A stretch of DNA of 64,000 nt from an uncultured Thermoplasmata archaeon (lineage in GTDB: Archaea; Thermoplasmatota; Thermoplasmata; Halarchaeoplasmatales; Halarchaeoplasmataceae), in NCBI GenBank assembly GCA_964462425.1, contig CAYWYD010000003.1, forward strand, positions 5,918-69,917. Direction: 5' to 3'. The notes beneath the pieces are model-generated. The model saw only the letters and a program-made list of their open reading frames with translations. It was not told the origin of the DNA and did no database searches. The position numbers and the translations under genes are program-made. Each line of letters opens with the position of its first letter. Positions within the stretch are counted from its first letter, which is position 1. This document shows positions 16,483 through 26,950 of the stretch, one piece after another.

Positions 16483-18447
16483 TTAACCCTCGTAGTTCTT
16501 ATAAAGTTGATGGAGCAGAAGGTAGATGCTGAAAACGCTCTGGATCTTTCCTTTCGCTATGTCTAGAGCCTCGGTTTTATCCTTCAAAGAGTACTTTTTC
16601 GATTTAACGCCCTCGTGTTTTTCCAAGATACCTTTTTCTTCTAGTTTCTGTAGCATAGGATACATCGTTCCGGCGCTGATCGAGAGGCCGAAATTTTGCC
16701 TGAGCTCATCGATGATGCCCTTGCCGTGGATCTTTCCTTTATTGGCTATCAGCAGTATAGCAAGTTCCTTCAGACATGTCTTCTGTATATCCTCTCTAAC
16801 GGTCTCCTCGTCGATCATATCTCTAAATTTTCGAGAGACTGTTTCCAACAAGTCTTCATCTCCCTCAAGATCGAAATTTCTACTCTCGCTTATCAGCTCC
16901 TCGTTCAACTTCCACTCAGTGATATCGAAGAAACTCAGAATGGTCTTTTCAGGTTCTACTAAAAAGGTGACCCAAACCATCACGTCTTTCTCTTCGTCTT
17001 CTTTATCTTTTATAACGGCATGATAACTCTCCAGATGAGATCTGTCATATGAACCTTTGTAATCCTGGATCATCTCTATCTTATCTTTTCCCTTCTCGCT
17101 GATAACCGACGATAAATCTTCTCCCTCAACGTTATTCCTCTTGTTCCCTACGAGTTCTAAAAATTTCTGGTTAGCTTTTTCGATCATCATATCTTCGGAA
17201 AGGATGACGGTAGGATTCACATTATGTTCCAGCACATTTTCGTACATCTGTTCCATAAATTTTTGCGGCGTGATGTCCTGTATCAGGCCTTCAATAAATT
17301 TCACCTCTCCGTCCTCGAAGACCCCGCGACCTTTCTCCCAGACCCATTTCTTTTCTCCGTCGGCGGTCTCTATACGGTAGGTGACTTGATACGGTTCCTC
17401 TCTTTCCAAAGCCTCCTGTATATTCTCCCAAGTCGCTTCTCTATCTTCAGGAAAGATCAATTCGCTGAAAGACACCTTGTTATCGTCTATCAGGTCTTCC
17501 GCCTCGTACCCTGTAAGCCTTTTGCAACCCTCACTAACAAATTTCATCGTCCAATTCTTATTGTTCAAACAGCGGTACGCCATCCCTGGGAGATTGCTGA
17601 GCAGTGTTTCCAATTCCCTATGTTTTTCTCTCAGTTCTCTTTCCGCTCTCTTCTGTTCTGAGATCTCTCTGATGCTGCATTCGTGATAGAGAGTTTTTCC
17701 CTCCTGATCCTTCACCGCTAGAGAGATATTCTCGGTCCATACCTCCTCCCCGTTCCTATCTTCCAATTTTATCTCTTGGCGGTCTATCATGCCCTTGTAC
17801 CTCACCTGCGATTTCCATCGATCTTTATCCTCGGACTCCGCAAAAAAACCGAAGAAATTTTTGCCCTTCAGGTCTTCAGGATCAGTATAGCCCAATATCT
17901 TGGCCGTCCTCGGATTCGATTCTTGGATCTTGCCATCAGGGTCGATACGATACATGCCTACCGGTATCCTCTCGAACAGGTTCCTGTAGCGCTGTTCACT
18001 TTTCCTCAAGGCCTTTTCCGCCCTTCTCAATTCCACCTCCTTCTCTATGGCTTGGGCCAACTTCTCGTACTGCTCCCTAGGATCATCCCGTTTCACAAAA
18101 TATCTGTTAGCGCCCTTATTCATCGCCGTCATAGCTACCTCTTCCGTGCCTTTACCGGTCAGAAGGATAAAAGGGACTTCCTTACCTATATCTCTAACTC
18201 TATCTAAAAATTCTAAACCGTCCATCCCGGGCATCGAGTAATCCGAAACGACCACGTCATAATCCTTCTTCTTCAATCTATTCAAAGCATCTTCCGGACC
18301 TGAGAAAGTATCGACACTGAATGATTCTGACCTCTTCTCTAAAAAAATCTTTGCCTGTTGACGAAAACCACTCTCATCGTCCACGAATAGGACTTCTATA
18401 AGCATATGCCCATTCTGAACCTTGTTCTCTCCTCCAACCCGCTTCAT
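16483..18447 (-). CDS. Response regulator: REC receiver, three PAS domains, C-terminal PadR-type wHTH
   Basis: The receiver reads LFVDDESGF...DVVVSDYSMPGMDGLEFL...ILLTGKG. Three PAS-like cores follow. The C-terminus reads GIIDELRQNFGLSISAGTMYPMLQKLEEKGILE. Confidence 0.75.
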   Translation of the reverse strand: MKRVGGENKVQNGHMLIEVLFVDDESGFRQQAKIFLEKRSESFSVDTFSGPEDALNRLKKKDYDVVVSDYSMPGMDGLEFLDRVRDIGKEVPFILLTGKGTEEVAMTAMNKGANRYFVKRDDPREQYEKLAQAIEKEVELRRAEKALRKSEQRYRNLFERIPVGMYRIDPDGKIQESNPRTAKILGYTDPEDLKGKNFFGFFAESEDKDRWKSQVRYKGMIDRQEIKLEDRNGEEVWTENISLAVKDQEGKTLYHECSIREISEQKRAERELREKHRELETLLSNLPGMAYRCLNNKNWTMKFVSEGCKRLTGYEAEDLIDDNKVSFSELIFPEDREATWENIQEALEREEPYQVTYRIETADGEKKWVWEKGRGVFEDGEVKFIEGLIQDITPQKFMEQMYENVLEHNVNPTVILSEDMMIEKANQKFLELVGNKRNNVEGEDLSSVISEKGKDKIEMIQDYKGSYDRSHLESYHAVIKDKEDEEKDVMVWVTFLVEPEKTILSFFDITEWKLNEELISESRNFDLEGDEDLLETVSRKFRDMIDEETVREDIQKTCLKELAILLIANKGKIHGKGIIDELRQNFGLSISAGTMYPMLQKLEEKGILEKHEGVKSKKYSLKDKTEALDIAKGKIQSVFSIYLLLHQLYKNYEG

Positions 18448-18855
18448 TAGACTCCCTCAGATATCCATTTAGCGGCTTTAGATAAATAAATGTATCGTCG
18501 ATCAAATCGTAGTTTTTACCCTTTCTTGATCATTTAACCCTCGGAAAAATCTTTCTCTTTTCCCCAGGCAGCCTTGACATGTATTGTTCCGCTATGCTGT
18601 AATTCTGTCTCTTACTTATTTTTTCCATGTTCACCCTCTATTAATTATACCGTTTTAACGGTGTAATTAGTTATCTCAAAGTTATTAACAATTCACTTAA
18701 AAATTTAGTACAATTCTTAGCCCTCGATAGTTTTGTAATCCAGATCGAAAGCTTTCCGATCCATCTCGACGGTCTCCTAAGATGGAAACGCTGTCCTAGA
18801 GGGTAAAAATCCATAAAAAGTTTAATTTGGCCCCGATCCCTTATCCATATTAAGC

Positions 18856-20016
18856 ATGAAAGGTGAGAACAAAGGCGGAAAACTGGTGGCTTTAGGGAGT
18901 GTCTTACTGAACGGGGTCATCTTCGGGGTCAAAGGTTTTATCGGGCTCCAGATAGGCAGTCTAGCGCTGCTTTCGGACGCGGTCCACACCATCTCGGACA
19001 GCGCTAGCTCCGTTGCCGTTTACGCCGGTCTGAAAGTCGGAGAGAAACCTCCCGACGAAAGCCATCCTTTCGGCCACGGGAGAGCGGACCAGATCGCCGT
19101 TTTAGCTGTGGGTATAATCTTGGCATTCACAGCACTCACCTTCCTTACCGACGGGATCGAGTCGCTTCTCGCCGGTGTAGAAACTATCAGTATGCGCCGG
19201 ATCTTTTACTTCTACATCATCATGACCGCTGTAGCAAAGGAAGTGATGGGGGAAGCCAGCTATCTAGTCGGTAAGAAGAGCGGCTCCGAGTCGTTAAAAG
19301 CAGACGCCTGGCATCATCGGGCAGACGCCGCAACGACCGTACTGGTCATAGGCGCCATATATGCTTCCCAGATAGGTCTGCCTCTTTTGGATCCAATAGT
19401 CGGGATAGGCATCGCTCTTTTGGTGGGATACATGGGAATCTCTTACATCAAAAAATCCACTTACAATCTTCTAGGAACCAAACCTTCTTCAGATCTATTA
19501 GAAGATATTGAAACAACGGCCGACGAGATCGACGGCGTCGAGGGTGTTCACGACATCAAGGTCCATGATTACGGAGGGAAAAAGGCGGTCTCTCTGCATA
19601 TGAAGATGAAAGACGGGACGGTCCGCGCGGCACATGAAAAGAGCCACGAATTGAAGAACCGGTTGGAAGAAAGCGTGGTCTCGACTGCCGAGGTGCATCC
19701 CGACCCGAGCAGTATCCCGACCGAGAAGATAAAAAGTCTGATCAAAAACCGAGCCGAAAAAATCGAGGGTGTCCTAGACGTCCATAAGATCAACATCTCT
19801 GAAGGAGAAGATAACATCCTTGTCTCGATGCATCTAGTACTCCCCAAGGAGTCGTCGATAGAGGTGGGACACAACATAGGCACTGGCTTCGAAAGAGATG
19901 TCAAAGAAAAGATCCAAGACGAATTGAAGAACGAGGCGGAGATCCAAGTCCATATAGAACCCTGTCAGGAAAAATGTGATGAGTGCGAAATCAAAGATGA
20001 TAACTCATCATGTTGA
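18856..20016 (+). CDS. Cation diffusion facilitator (CDF) family metal efflux transporter
   Basis: LSDAVHTISDSASS and HGRADQIA in TM2/TM5 are the CDF metal-site signatures. There is a cytoplasmic C-domain and a Cys-rich tail CQEKCDECEIKDDNSSC. Confidence 0.8.
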   Translation: MKGENKGGKLVALGSVLLNGVIFGVKGFIGLQIGSLALLSDAVHTISDSASSVAVYAGLKVGEKPPDESHPFGHGRADQIAVLAVGIILAFTALTFLTDGIESLLAGVETISMRRIFYFYIIMTAVAKEVMGEASYLVGKKSGSESLKADAWHHRADAATTVLVIGAIYASQIGLPLLDPIVGIGIALLVGYMGISYIKKSTYNLLGTKPSSDLLEDIETTADEIDGVEGVHDIKVHDYGGKKAVSLHMKMKDGTVRAAHEKSHELKNRLEESVVSTAEVHPDPSSIPTEKIKSLIKNRAEKIEGVLDVHKINISEGEDNILVSMHLVLPKESSIEVGHNIGTGFERDVKEKIQDELKNEAEIQVHIEPCQEKCDECEIKDDNSSC

Positions 20017-20104
20017 GCTGCTTTGATTATACCCCGATCTGTTCTTTTTTATTACCCTCTCCCTAGAATATATCTCCTTTCTTTCGGGGGGGCAGTATGA
20101 AGAA

Positions 20105-21475
20105 TCAAAAGAACATGAAAAATGCTCCCGTGACGAGGAACCAGATCATGATCGCTGCGATCAACACAGCTGTAGGGATCAACATCCTCTTGTAGAAACT
20201 TTTCATATCTATATCGAAATATTCGATCGTGAGTATTATGCAGAGGTGTATGGGAGAGGTGAAGTACCCCAAAAAGATGAAGATGAAAGTCAAACTCACC
20301 GTTCTCACGCTGATCACCGGGAGGAATGGCAGAAGGACCGGAAAGCCCACGCCTATCGCACCCGGAAGATGGCCGAAGACCGCACCTATAGCATACCCGG
20401 CTAATATCACTACAAGAAGCACGGGTACATGACTTCCCAGCGCCTCGATCACCGGCGGGAGGGCCCCTCCACGCTCTATGATGCCCTTGAACAGCATTAT
20501 TCCATAAGCTGCTAACAACAGGTCGAACGAAAATCCCTCTTTGAAAGTTTCCGGTATCTCTCCTACAGAATAACTTTGCTCGTTCTGTAGAAAGATGAGT
20601 ACTATAGCAAATAGTAGAGTGATATAGAGCGGGATGCCAAAGATGATATTACCGGAGAGAGCGATGATTATGGGCAGAAGTTCATAGACCAACAACCAGG
20701 GATTCACCGTAGACTCCGATGCTCCTCCGACTTGGATCTTTTTCAGCCCCCAGTAAACGCCGATCAGTATCTGTGCCGCAAAGATAGGTATATTGAAGAC
20801 CGCTATCCAGTATAGATTCACTCCCGAAAGGTATGAAGCGAAGATCAAACCGGTCGAAAGAGGATAAACGGTGAACCAGATGTGCCGCCACCACCAGTTT
20901 AGAAAGGTCTTCTCGGTATCGTCGAGACCCAATTTGTCTCCTTCGTCATCTATCATCGGAGCTGAGACCAAAGCGCCTCCGGGCATCGGCATCAGTCCGA
21001 AGATGGCGGGTATAGAACCCATAACCATCCTCCGATCCGGAAGAGCACTCTTCAATTCCCTTATCATCCTCATGACTTGATCGGAATCTTTGTAAAGAAA
21101 ACCTAGGAAAGCAACCTGAACGATTATCGCCATCAGACGAAGGGTTTCGTACTCTCTAGATATCTCCAGTACCCAATACAGCCCCGTTCGAGATGGTTCT
21201 GAGAAAACCAGCAATACGGCGGTAGCTGCCATAATTGCTTTACCGAAATCTATCTTCAGATAGATCAAAAAGGCAAGGAGCCCGAATCCCGCGATGACCC
21301 CTGCTATCCCGATCATCGGGAGCGAAAAAGAACGGGGTTTTAAAAACCGTTTGGTACAAAAACCGATTAGACTTATAATCGGAATTACCGCCGAAAGTAT
21401 TAAATCACAATTTTTCGCTTTGTGTAATATGAGCTCCGTAGTAACCATATTACTACTAGTTATCATCTTCGCCAT
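20105..21475 (-). CDS. Polytopic membrane protein, putative permease (family not assigned)
   Basis: 456 aa with more than 10 TM segments. The 5' end overlaps the divergent ORF, so the true start may be the internal Met (MIGIAG...) near 21316. Confidence 0.4.
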   Translation of the reverse strand: MAKMITSSNMVTTELILHKAKNCDLILSAVIPIISLIGFCTKRFLKPRSFSLPMIGIAGVIAGFGLLAFLIYLKIDFGKAIMAATAVLLVFSEPSRTGLYWVLEISREYETLRLMAIIVQVAFLGFLYKDSDQVMRMIRELKSALPDRRMVMGSIPAIFGLMPMPGGALVSAPMIDDEGDKLGLDDTEKTFLNWWWRHIWFTVYPLSTGLIFASYLSGVNLYWIAVFNIPIFAAQILIGVYWGLKKIQVGGASESTVNPWLLVYELLPIIIALSGNIIFGIPLYITLLFAIVLIFLQNEQSYSVGEIPETFKEGFSFDLLLAAYGIMLFKGIIERGGALPPVIEALGSHVPVLLVVILAGYAIGAVFGHLPGAIGVGFPVLLPFLPVISVRTVSLTFIFIFLGYFTSPIHLCIILTIEYFDIDMKSFYKRMLIPTAVLIAAIMIWFLVTGAFFMFF

Positions 21476-22520
21476 AGCCGTCTTCCTTATTTACTATTAT
21501 TTCGAGAAGACAAAAGAACAACGACTTAAAAGAATCAAAAAAGAAAATACTCTTTCGCCAAAAGATGAAGCTTACAACAAAGTGAAGAGTGCTCAGAGGA
21601 TAACGAAGATGATGAAACGTAGAGGGGCCGAAGATAAAAATGCGGACCAGATTGTAAACAAAGCAGAAAAGGCTCTAAAAAGCGGGAAAACTTCAAAGGC
21701 AAAAGAGTTGGCCGATAAGGCCAAAGAGAGAGCTTCTAAGGATAGCGGGTCGGTTAAAGGTAAAGATGATATGAGCTCAAAAAAGACTTACACGGTAGAC
21801 GAGCTCGATGAGGTAGAGTTCGAGGAAACCAAAGAAGCAAAAAAGAAAAGAGAAGAATTGAAAAAACAGAGAGAGAGGCTAAACAGTCTTCCCGACAATT
21901 ATCTAGAGTCGAAATTTGAGATGAAAAGAGTCGGGGATATGCTCGATGAAGAAGGTGGCAACGAGGAGGCAGAAGAGTATTACAACGAGGCTGAAAAGTC
22001 TTTTGAAAACGAAGATTATACCGCCGCCTTAAAATACACGATTCGCTGTAGAAAACTTATAAAAGGAGAAGACCCGGAGCTTATAGCTTTCCAGGAGATA
22101 GACAAAAAAGAACCTTCTGAAGAGCTCAAGGAGAAATTTCCGGACATTGAAAAGGAAATGACCGAGGAAAGCCGAGAAGAAGCTACGGAAAAAGAACAAT
22201 TAGGTGAAACGGAAAAGGCCGTCGAAACGGATGTCTACGCCTCGGAGGAGAAAACCGAAAGCACGACCTCGAAGCCAAAAAACATCTGTCCCGACTGTGG
22301 ATTCGTAGGAGGAGAGGACGACAGATTCTGCCCGAAATGCGGTACGGAATTGATCATGGAAAATCGATGCCCAGAATGTGGAAACGAAGTCGATCAGGAC
22401 GACAAATTCTGTCGGAAATGCGGGGCTGAACTCGGCGAAGAACAGCTGGTCTGCCCAGAGTGCGGAACTGAAGCGGAACCAGACGACGATTTCTGCGGGA
22501 TGTGCGGGGCCAAACTGTAG
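21429..22520 (+). CDS. Membrane-anchored coiled-coil protein with three C-terminal double zinc-ribbon (DZR-like) modules
   Basis: An N-terminal TM segment (VVTILLLVIIFAIAVFLIYYYF) is followed by a K/E-rich region. The C-terminus carries three modules: CPDCG...CPKCG, CPECG...CRKCG and CPECG...CGMCG. The start was moved to the in-frame ATG at 21429. The track start 21294 would overlap the divergent gene. Confidence 0.55.
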   Translation: MSSVVTILLLVIIFAIAVFLIYYYFEKTKEQRLKRIKKENTLSPKDEAYNKVKSAQRITKMMKRRGAEDKNADQIVNKAEKALKSGKTSKAKELADKAKERASKDSGSVKGKDDMSSKKTYTVDELDEVEFEETKEAKKKREELKKQRERLNSLPDNYLESKFEMKRVGDMLDEEGGNEEAEEYYNEAEKSFENEDYTAALKYTIRCRKLIKGEDPELIAFQEIDKKEPSEELKEKFPDIEKEMTEESREEATEKEQLGETEKAVETDVYASEEKTESTTSKPKNICPDCGFVGGEDDRFCPKCGTELIMENRCPECGNEVDQDDKFCRKCGAELGEEQLVCPECGTEAEPDDDFCGMCGAKL

Positions 22521-22534
22521 TAAGTATGTATTAT

Positions 22535-23332
22535 CTATATGAGATCTCTCTCTACTAGATATTGTACGATCTCGTTTATCTTACTGGGAGAGAGGTTACC
22601 GACCCTTCTATCACCGAAGGGTACCTCTTTTTCTATATCAAACGCTGTTTCTAGAGAATTCTTGATCTTCTTCCTCCTGTGATTGAACAGACCTTTTACC
22701 ACTTCAGAAAATTTTACCTTGTCACTGATATAAAAGTCCGGTCTAGAGGGTGAGATACGAATTACGCTGGCATCCACATTGGGTGGAGGATAAAAATTCT
22801 GTCTCGAGATGTCAAATAACATCTCTACATCGGCGAAGGTAGAAACCATGACAGAGAGACGAGAGTACTCATCACTACCGGGTTCCGCCACCATCCTTCG
22901 AGCGAACTCTTTTTGATAGGTCAAAATCCCTCGCTCAAAATCTTTCTGCAGGAGTTTGAAGGTGATAGGTGACGAGATACTGAAGGGGAGATTGGAGACA
23001 ACCTTATCAAAGGATGGCAGATCTAGTTCTAGAACATCACCCTGGATCAGCTCGATGTCCTTATCCTTATATCTACCCTCTAGATATCCTATCAATGTGT
23101 CGTCCTTCTCCACCATGATGACGCGCCTGGCCTTCTCCACTATCCTATCGGTGAGGACCCCTAGCCCGGGACCTATCTCCAATACAGTATCCTTCGAAAA
23201 AAGTTCGGCGATCTCGACTATCCTTCTAGCTTTACTGTCGCTCTTGAGAAAATTTTGTCCTAAACTTTGAGACGGACGGATACCTAGTCTTTTCAACTTG
23301 CTTTTAACACTCTCTTCCATCGGGCTCACCAT
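22535..23332 (-). CDS. rsmA: 16S rRNA (adenine1518/1519-N6)-dimethyltransferase KsgA/Dim1
   Basis: LGQNFL...VLEIGPGLGVLT...NLPFSISSPI are canonical KsgA motifs. Confidence 0.9.
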   Translation of the reverse strand: MVSPMEESVKSKLKRLGIRPSQSLGQNFLKSDSKARRIVEIAELFSKDTVLEIGPGLGVLTDRIVEKARRVIMVEKDDTLIGYLEGRYKDKDIELIQGDVLELDLPSFDKVVSNLPFSISSPITFKLLQKDFERGILTYQKEFARRMVAEPGSDEYSRLSVMVSTFADVEMLFDISRQNFYPPPNVDASVIRISPSRPDFYISDKVKFSEVVKGLFNHRRKKIKNSLETAFDIEKEVPFGDRRVGNLSPSKINEIVQYLVERDLI

Positions 23333-23365
23333 TTGAAAATAATCCTAAAATATGTTGAGTATATA

Positions 23366-23405
23366 GTAAAAGACACGACAATTTGTACTTTTATGTGTCT
23401 TTTAC
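23366..23405 (-). terminator. Perfect 11-bp-stem hairpin (gtaaaagacac / gtgtcttttac) in the PRC-barrel/ksgA intergenic region
   Basis: This is an exact inverted repeat. On the minus strand it is followed by T-rich tracts. A second 7-bp-stem hairpin lies at 23420-23441. Confidence 0.3.
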
Positions 23406-23551
23406 TAGTTGTGGAGCTTGTAACTTAGTTCAAAAAGTTACGTGTTCCACTATAAATTCTAATTTCCTGTAGACCAATTTCTATTGATGACCGAAATCGT
23501 CGAAGACCTCCACAAAGATCAGAGGATCAAAGCTCCCATCAGACCTTTCGA

Positions 23552-23800
23552 TCAATCCATGCTTATGTTTTCCATCACCACTACATCCTTTACCGCCTTC
23601 ATACCCTCATAGGGTAGTACAAGACGATCTTCTGCATCGGTCTTGAACAGCTGTTCTTCTATCTCCTCGTCAGGTGTCACAAGCACGTGCTTTACATCTC
23701 CACTATCCGTATCGATGACAAAATTATCTATCTTTCCTAGTATCTGCCCATCGTTTGTCATCACAGTTTTGCCTCGCAGTTCGGTAACGAACATCCTCAT
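23552..23800 (-). CDS. PRC-barrel domain protein
   Basis: LRGKTVMTNDGQILGKIDNFVIDTDSGDVKHVLV. Confidence 0.55.
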   Translation of the reverse strand: MRMFVTELRGKTVMTNDGQILGKIDNFVIDTDSGDVKHVLVTPDEEIEEQLFKTDAEDRLVLPYEGMKAVKDVVVMENISMD

Positions 23801-23846
23801 ACTTTTACCTCCATTTTCATATCTTATGATTTTATTTTACTTATCA

Positions 23847-26054
23847 TTATCGGTATATATCGATACCATTAAAATCTTTCTTTTTATTTATGCTCTTTTG
23901 CATCTCTTCTTCCCATTCCTCGTACAACTGTAGGACTTCCTCGTCAACAGAAGGGGTAGTTTCCTCGATACTGCTTTCAAAGTGCTTCATCAGTACTTCT
24001 TTAGAACCGTCTTTTATCGCCTTCAGCCCGGCTTCTCTACAGATCGACTCTATATCAGCCCCGACAAAAGAATCGGTTTTGTCCACAAGAGATTTAAGAT
24101 CGACTTCATCGGACAAAGGCATATGTTGGGTATGAACCTCGAATATCTTTTTTCTAGAAGTCCTATCTGGTACTGGCACTAAGAGTTGATGATCGAACCT
24201 GCCAGCTCTCAAAAGAGCGTTGTCGAGCCTGTCCGGGCGGTTCGTCGCAGCGATGACCACCACGTCGGTGGTTCTCTCGATCCCGTCCAAACTGGTCAGG
24301 AGCTGATTTACTACTCTATCCGTCGTACCGTCGGAGGTGTTCCTACCTCGTTCTGGCGCTATCGCATCTAGTTCATCTAAGAATACTATCGAAGGGGCCG
24401 TCTGACGAGCCTTTTTGAACAACTCTCTTATCGCCTTTTCGCTCTCACCGACCCACTTGGATAATAACTCAGGTCCTTTCACCGAAATGAAGTTGGCATC
24501 GCTTTCGTTCGCGATAGCCTTAGCCAAGAGAGTTTTTCCTGTGCCTGGAGGGCCATAAAGGAGGATACCTTTTGTAGGTTCGACTCCCATCTTTATGAAA
24601 GATTCTGGATCCGTGATAGGTCGTTCTACAGAGTCTTTGAGTTTTTCTTTGATCTCCTCTAGCCCGCCAACATCGTTCCAAGATACCTGAGGTATCTCCA
24701 CTATTATTTCTCTCAAACTGCTGGGTTCTACTTCCTTCAAGGCCTCAAGGAAATCTTTTTTCTTGACTTCCATCTCTTCTAGGACTTCCCTCGGAAGCGG
24801 TTCGTCCAGGTCTATATCGGGTAGATACCGCCTCAACGAACGCATCGCCGCCTCTTTCACCAACGATTCTACATCCGCGCCGGCGAAACCGTGCGTCATC
24901 TCCGCTAAATTCTCGAGTTCTACATCTTTAGACATCGGCATTCCCCGGGTGTGTATTTTCAGTATCTCCACTCTATCTTGCCTGTCGGGCAAACCTATCT
25001 CGATCTCCCTGTCGAATCTACCGGGTCTTCTCAAAGCAGGATCGACCGCATCGACTCTGTTTGTAGCTCCTATCACTATCGTTTCTCCTCTATTCGTTAA
25101 ACCGTCTAGTAAAGTCAGGAGCTGGGCGACGACCCTCCTTTCTACCTCCCCTTTCACGTCGTCTCTTTTCGGCGCAATAGAATCCAGCTCGTCTATGAAT
25201 ATTATCGAAGGTGACTGATCTTTAGCCTCTTCAAATATATCTCTCAATTTCTCCTCGCTCTGTCCGTAGTACTTAGACATGATCTCAGGGCCCTGGACGG
25301 AAAGAAAGTTGGCTCCGGCCTCGTTGGCAACGGCTTTAGCTATCCAGGTCTTACCGGTCCCGGGCGGACCATGGAGAAGCACCCCCTTTGGAGGATCTAT
25401 ACTCAACCTGTCGAAGAGTTGAGGATGCTTCAAGGGGAGTTCGATCATCTCACGAACTCTCTTGAGTTCATCGTCTAATCCACCTACATCTTCGTAAGTA
25501 ACCCTTGTAGTCGATATTACTTCCCCTTCACTAACCGGTTCTTCCTTCACGATGACCTCTGTTCCTTTCTTGATAACCACTGCCATATCCACGGGATTAG
25601 TGGAGATGACCATGAAAGGCACGCTGCCGCCCATCAGGGCTATGCCCGGAACTACGATAGCGTCACCGGCGATCATCGGCCTTTTTAATAACCTCTTTTT
25701 CACGTAAGAATCTATTCCCTCGCCAAATTTCAACCTATTCCCCTCTTCGATTATGGGGGCGATAACTACTTTTTGTGCTTCTTGAACCGATATCTTGGTC
25801 ACTTTTACCTTATCGCCGATAGAAACCTTCGCGTTCTTCCTGACCAGGCCGTCGATCCTGATGATTTCCTTACCTTCATTCTGTGTCGATAGACTGAAGA
25901 CCTTAGCGACCGTCTCCTTTTCCCCCTCGATTTTTACTACGTCTCCCACGTCAACATCGAGTTCCATCCGGGTTTTCGCTCCCAGTCTCGCTCTGCTCCG
26001 ACCGATGTCTTCCTGAGGCGCTTCGTTGACCTTCAAAACTTTTTCGGCAGCCAT
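23847..26054 (-). CDS. cdc48: AAA+ ATPase Cdc48/VAT (two AAA modules)
   Basis: There is an N-domain, then two Walker A motifs ([17 protein letters not shown] and [17 protein letters not shown]), Walker B motifs (IIFIDELD and IVFLDELD) and second-region-of-homology arginines. Confidence 0.92.
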   Translation of the reverse strand: MAAEKVLKVNEAPQEDIGRSRARLGAKTRMELDVDVGDVVKIEGEKETVAKVFSLSTQNEGKEIIRIDGLVRKNAKVSIGDKVKVTKISVQEAQKVVIAPIIEEGNRLKFGEGIDSYVKKRLLKRPMIAGDAIVVPGIALMGGSVPFMVISTNPVDMAVVIKKGTEVIVKEEPVSEGEVISTTRVTYEDVGGLDDELKRVREMIELPLKHPQLFDRLSIDPPKGVLLHGPPGTGKTWIAKAVANEAGANFLSVQGPEIMSKYYGQSEEKLRDIFEEAKDQSPSIIFIDELDSIAPKRDDVKGEVERRVVAQLLTLLDGLTNRGETIVIGATNRVDAVDPALRRPGRFDREIEIGLPDRQDRVEILKIHTRGMPMSKDVELENLAEMTHGFAGADVESLVKEAAMRSLRRYLPDIDLDEPLPREVLEEMEVKKKDFLEALKEVEPSSLREIIVEIPQVSWNDVGGLEEIKEKLKDSVERPITDPESFIKMGVEPTKGILLYGPPGTGKTLLAKAIANESDANFISVKGPELLSKWVGESEKAIRELFKKARQTAPSIVFLDELDAIAPERGRNTSDGTTDRVVNQLLTSLDGIERTTDVVVIAATNRPDRLDNALLRAGRFDHQLLVPVPDRTSRKKIFEVHTQHMPLSDEVDLKSLVDKTDSFVGADIESICREAGLKAIKDGSKEVLMKHFESSIEETTPSVDEEVLQLYEEWEEEMQKSINKKKDFNGIDIYR

Positions 26055-26107
26055 ATGTAACTCTGGGTGAGTAGTTTTGTGAAGATATTAAAGATTTTGG
26101 GAAAAAA

Positions 26108-26797
26108 CTATTCCTGCGGAGGTATATTGATCTCCATTATCTCTTTGTGGTAGTTCCCGTTCACGTCTTCCATCTCGATCTCTACCGTGTATGGGGTATC
26201 TCGAGCAGCCATTTTGTAGGTTTTCAAGTAATAATGCTCTTTATCAGGGTCTTTTCTCATCTTGGTACTATTTCCTCCGCCTACAGTTATCTTGATACTG
26301 TCTTCTTTTATCTCTGTATTAGATGTTATCTTGGCTCTAAACGTCACGTTGTAAACCTCGCCGTAAGTGATGTTATCAACATCCACGAGTTCGCCGCCGT
26401 CTCGGATCTCTACATTCAGTTCGTTCAAACGCGGATCGGCGAAATCGCTGAAAGGCGGATTCATCAGAAGTACCCAGACAGCTAAAAGGGTCAGGAAATA
26501 AACGCCGAAATTTTTTGCCCACCCCTTCGTTTCGAGATCCTCGACTTCCAGCTTGAGTACATTATAAATAGGTTTCAAAAATGCGATCCCTAAAAGACCG
26601 GCAAAAAGACCTACCGTCCACTCTTCCGTGAGACTAAAAACGTAAAAACTCAAGATCGAAAATATCGGAGCTAAACCCACGGCGACCAAAGTCGTTTTAC
26701 CTTTCTCAATTTCTTTCTTCATGTACTCTTCCCGATCGAAGTCGGGCATCTCGAAATCAGGTTCTTCTTCTTCCTCTTTTTTTCTTCTCTTAGCCAT
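26108..26797 (-). CDS. Membrane protein with acidic N-terminus, 3 TM segments and a C-terminal beta-rich ectodomain. Function unknown.
   Basis: The N-terminus reads MAKRRKKEEEEEPDFEMPDFD. TM segments follow, and there is an ...ITVGGGNSTKMRK... domain. Confidence 0.35.
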   Translation of the reverse strand: MAKRRKKEEEEEPDFEMPDFDREEYMKKEIEKGKTTLVAVGLAPIFSILSFYVFSLTEEWTVGLFAGLLGIAFLKPIYNVLKLEVEDLETKGWAKNFGVYFLTLLAVWVLLMNPPFSDFADPRLNELNVEIRDGGELVDVDNITYGEVYNVTFRAKITSNTEIKEDSIKITVGGGNSTKMRKDPDKEHYYLKTYKMAARDTPYTVEIEMEDVNGNYHKEIMEINIPPQE

Positions 26798-26902
26798 GGA
26801 TATGAGTGTAGATGAAAGGGTCTTGATTAAAAATCTTTTGTATATATCCTTTTCAAATCCATCTCATAGTGGGTCACTAACCGAATACAAGGAGGAAAAA
26901 AC

Positions 26903-26910
26903 TTATAATA
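26903..26910 (+). promoter_or_regulatory. TATA box (TTATAATA) upstream of rpoK-rps2
   Basis: It lies 44 nt upstream of the rpoK ATG. Confidence 0.4.
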
Positions 26911-26950
26911 GAAATCTTTCTAGGACAAAAGGCGTAAAGGAAAAATAACC

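Noticed and set aside
20105-21475. A 180-bp overlap between divergent ORFs 20105..21475 and 21294..22520 read as true gene overlap
   Set aside because: Both ORFs have internal in-frame Met codons (near 21316 and at 21429). Using them removes the overlap and leaves a plausible divergent promoter region. The long track ORFs are probably N-terminally over-extended.
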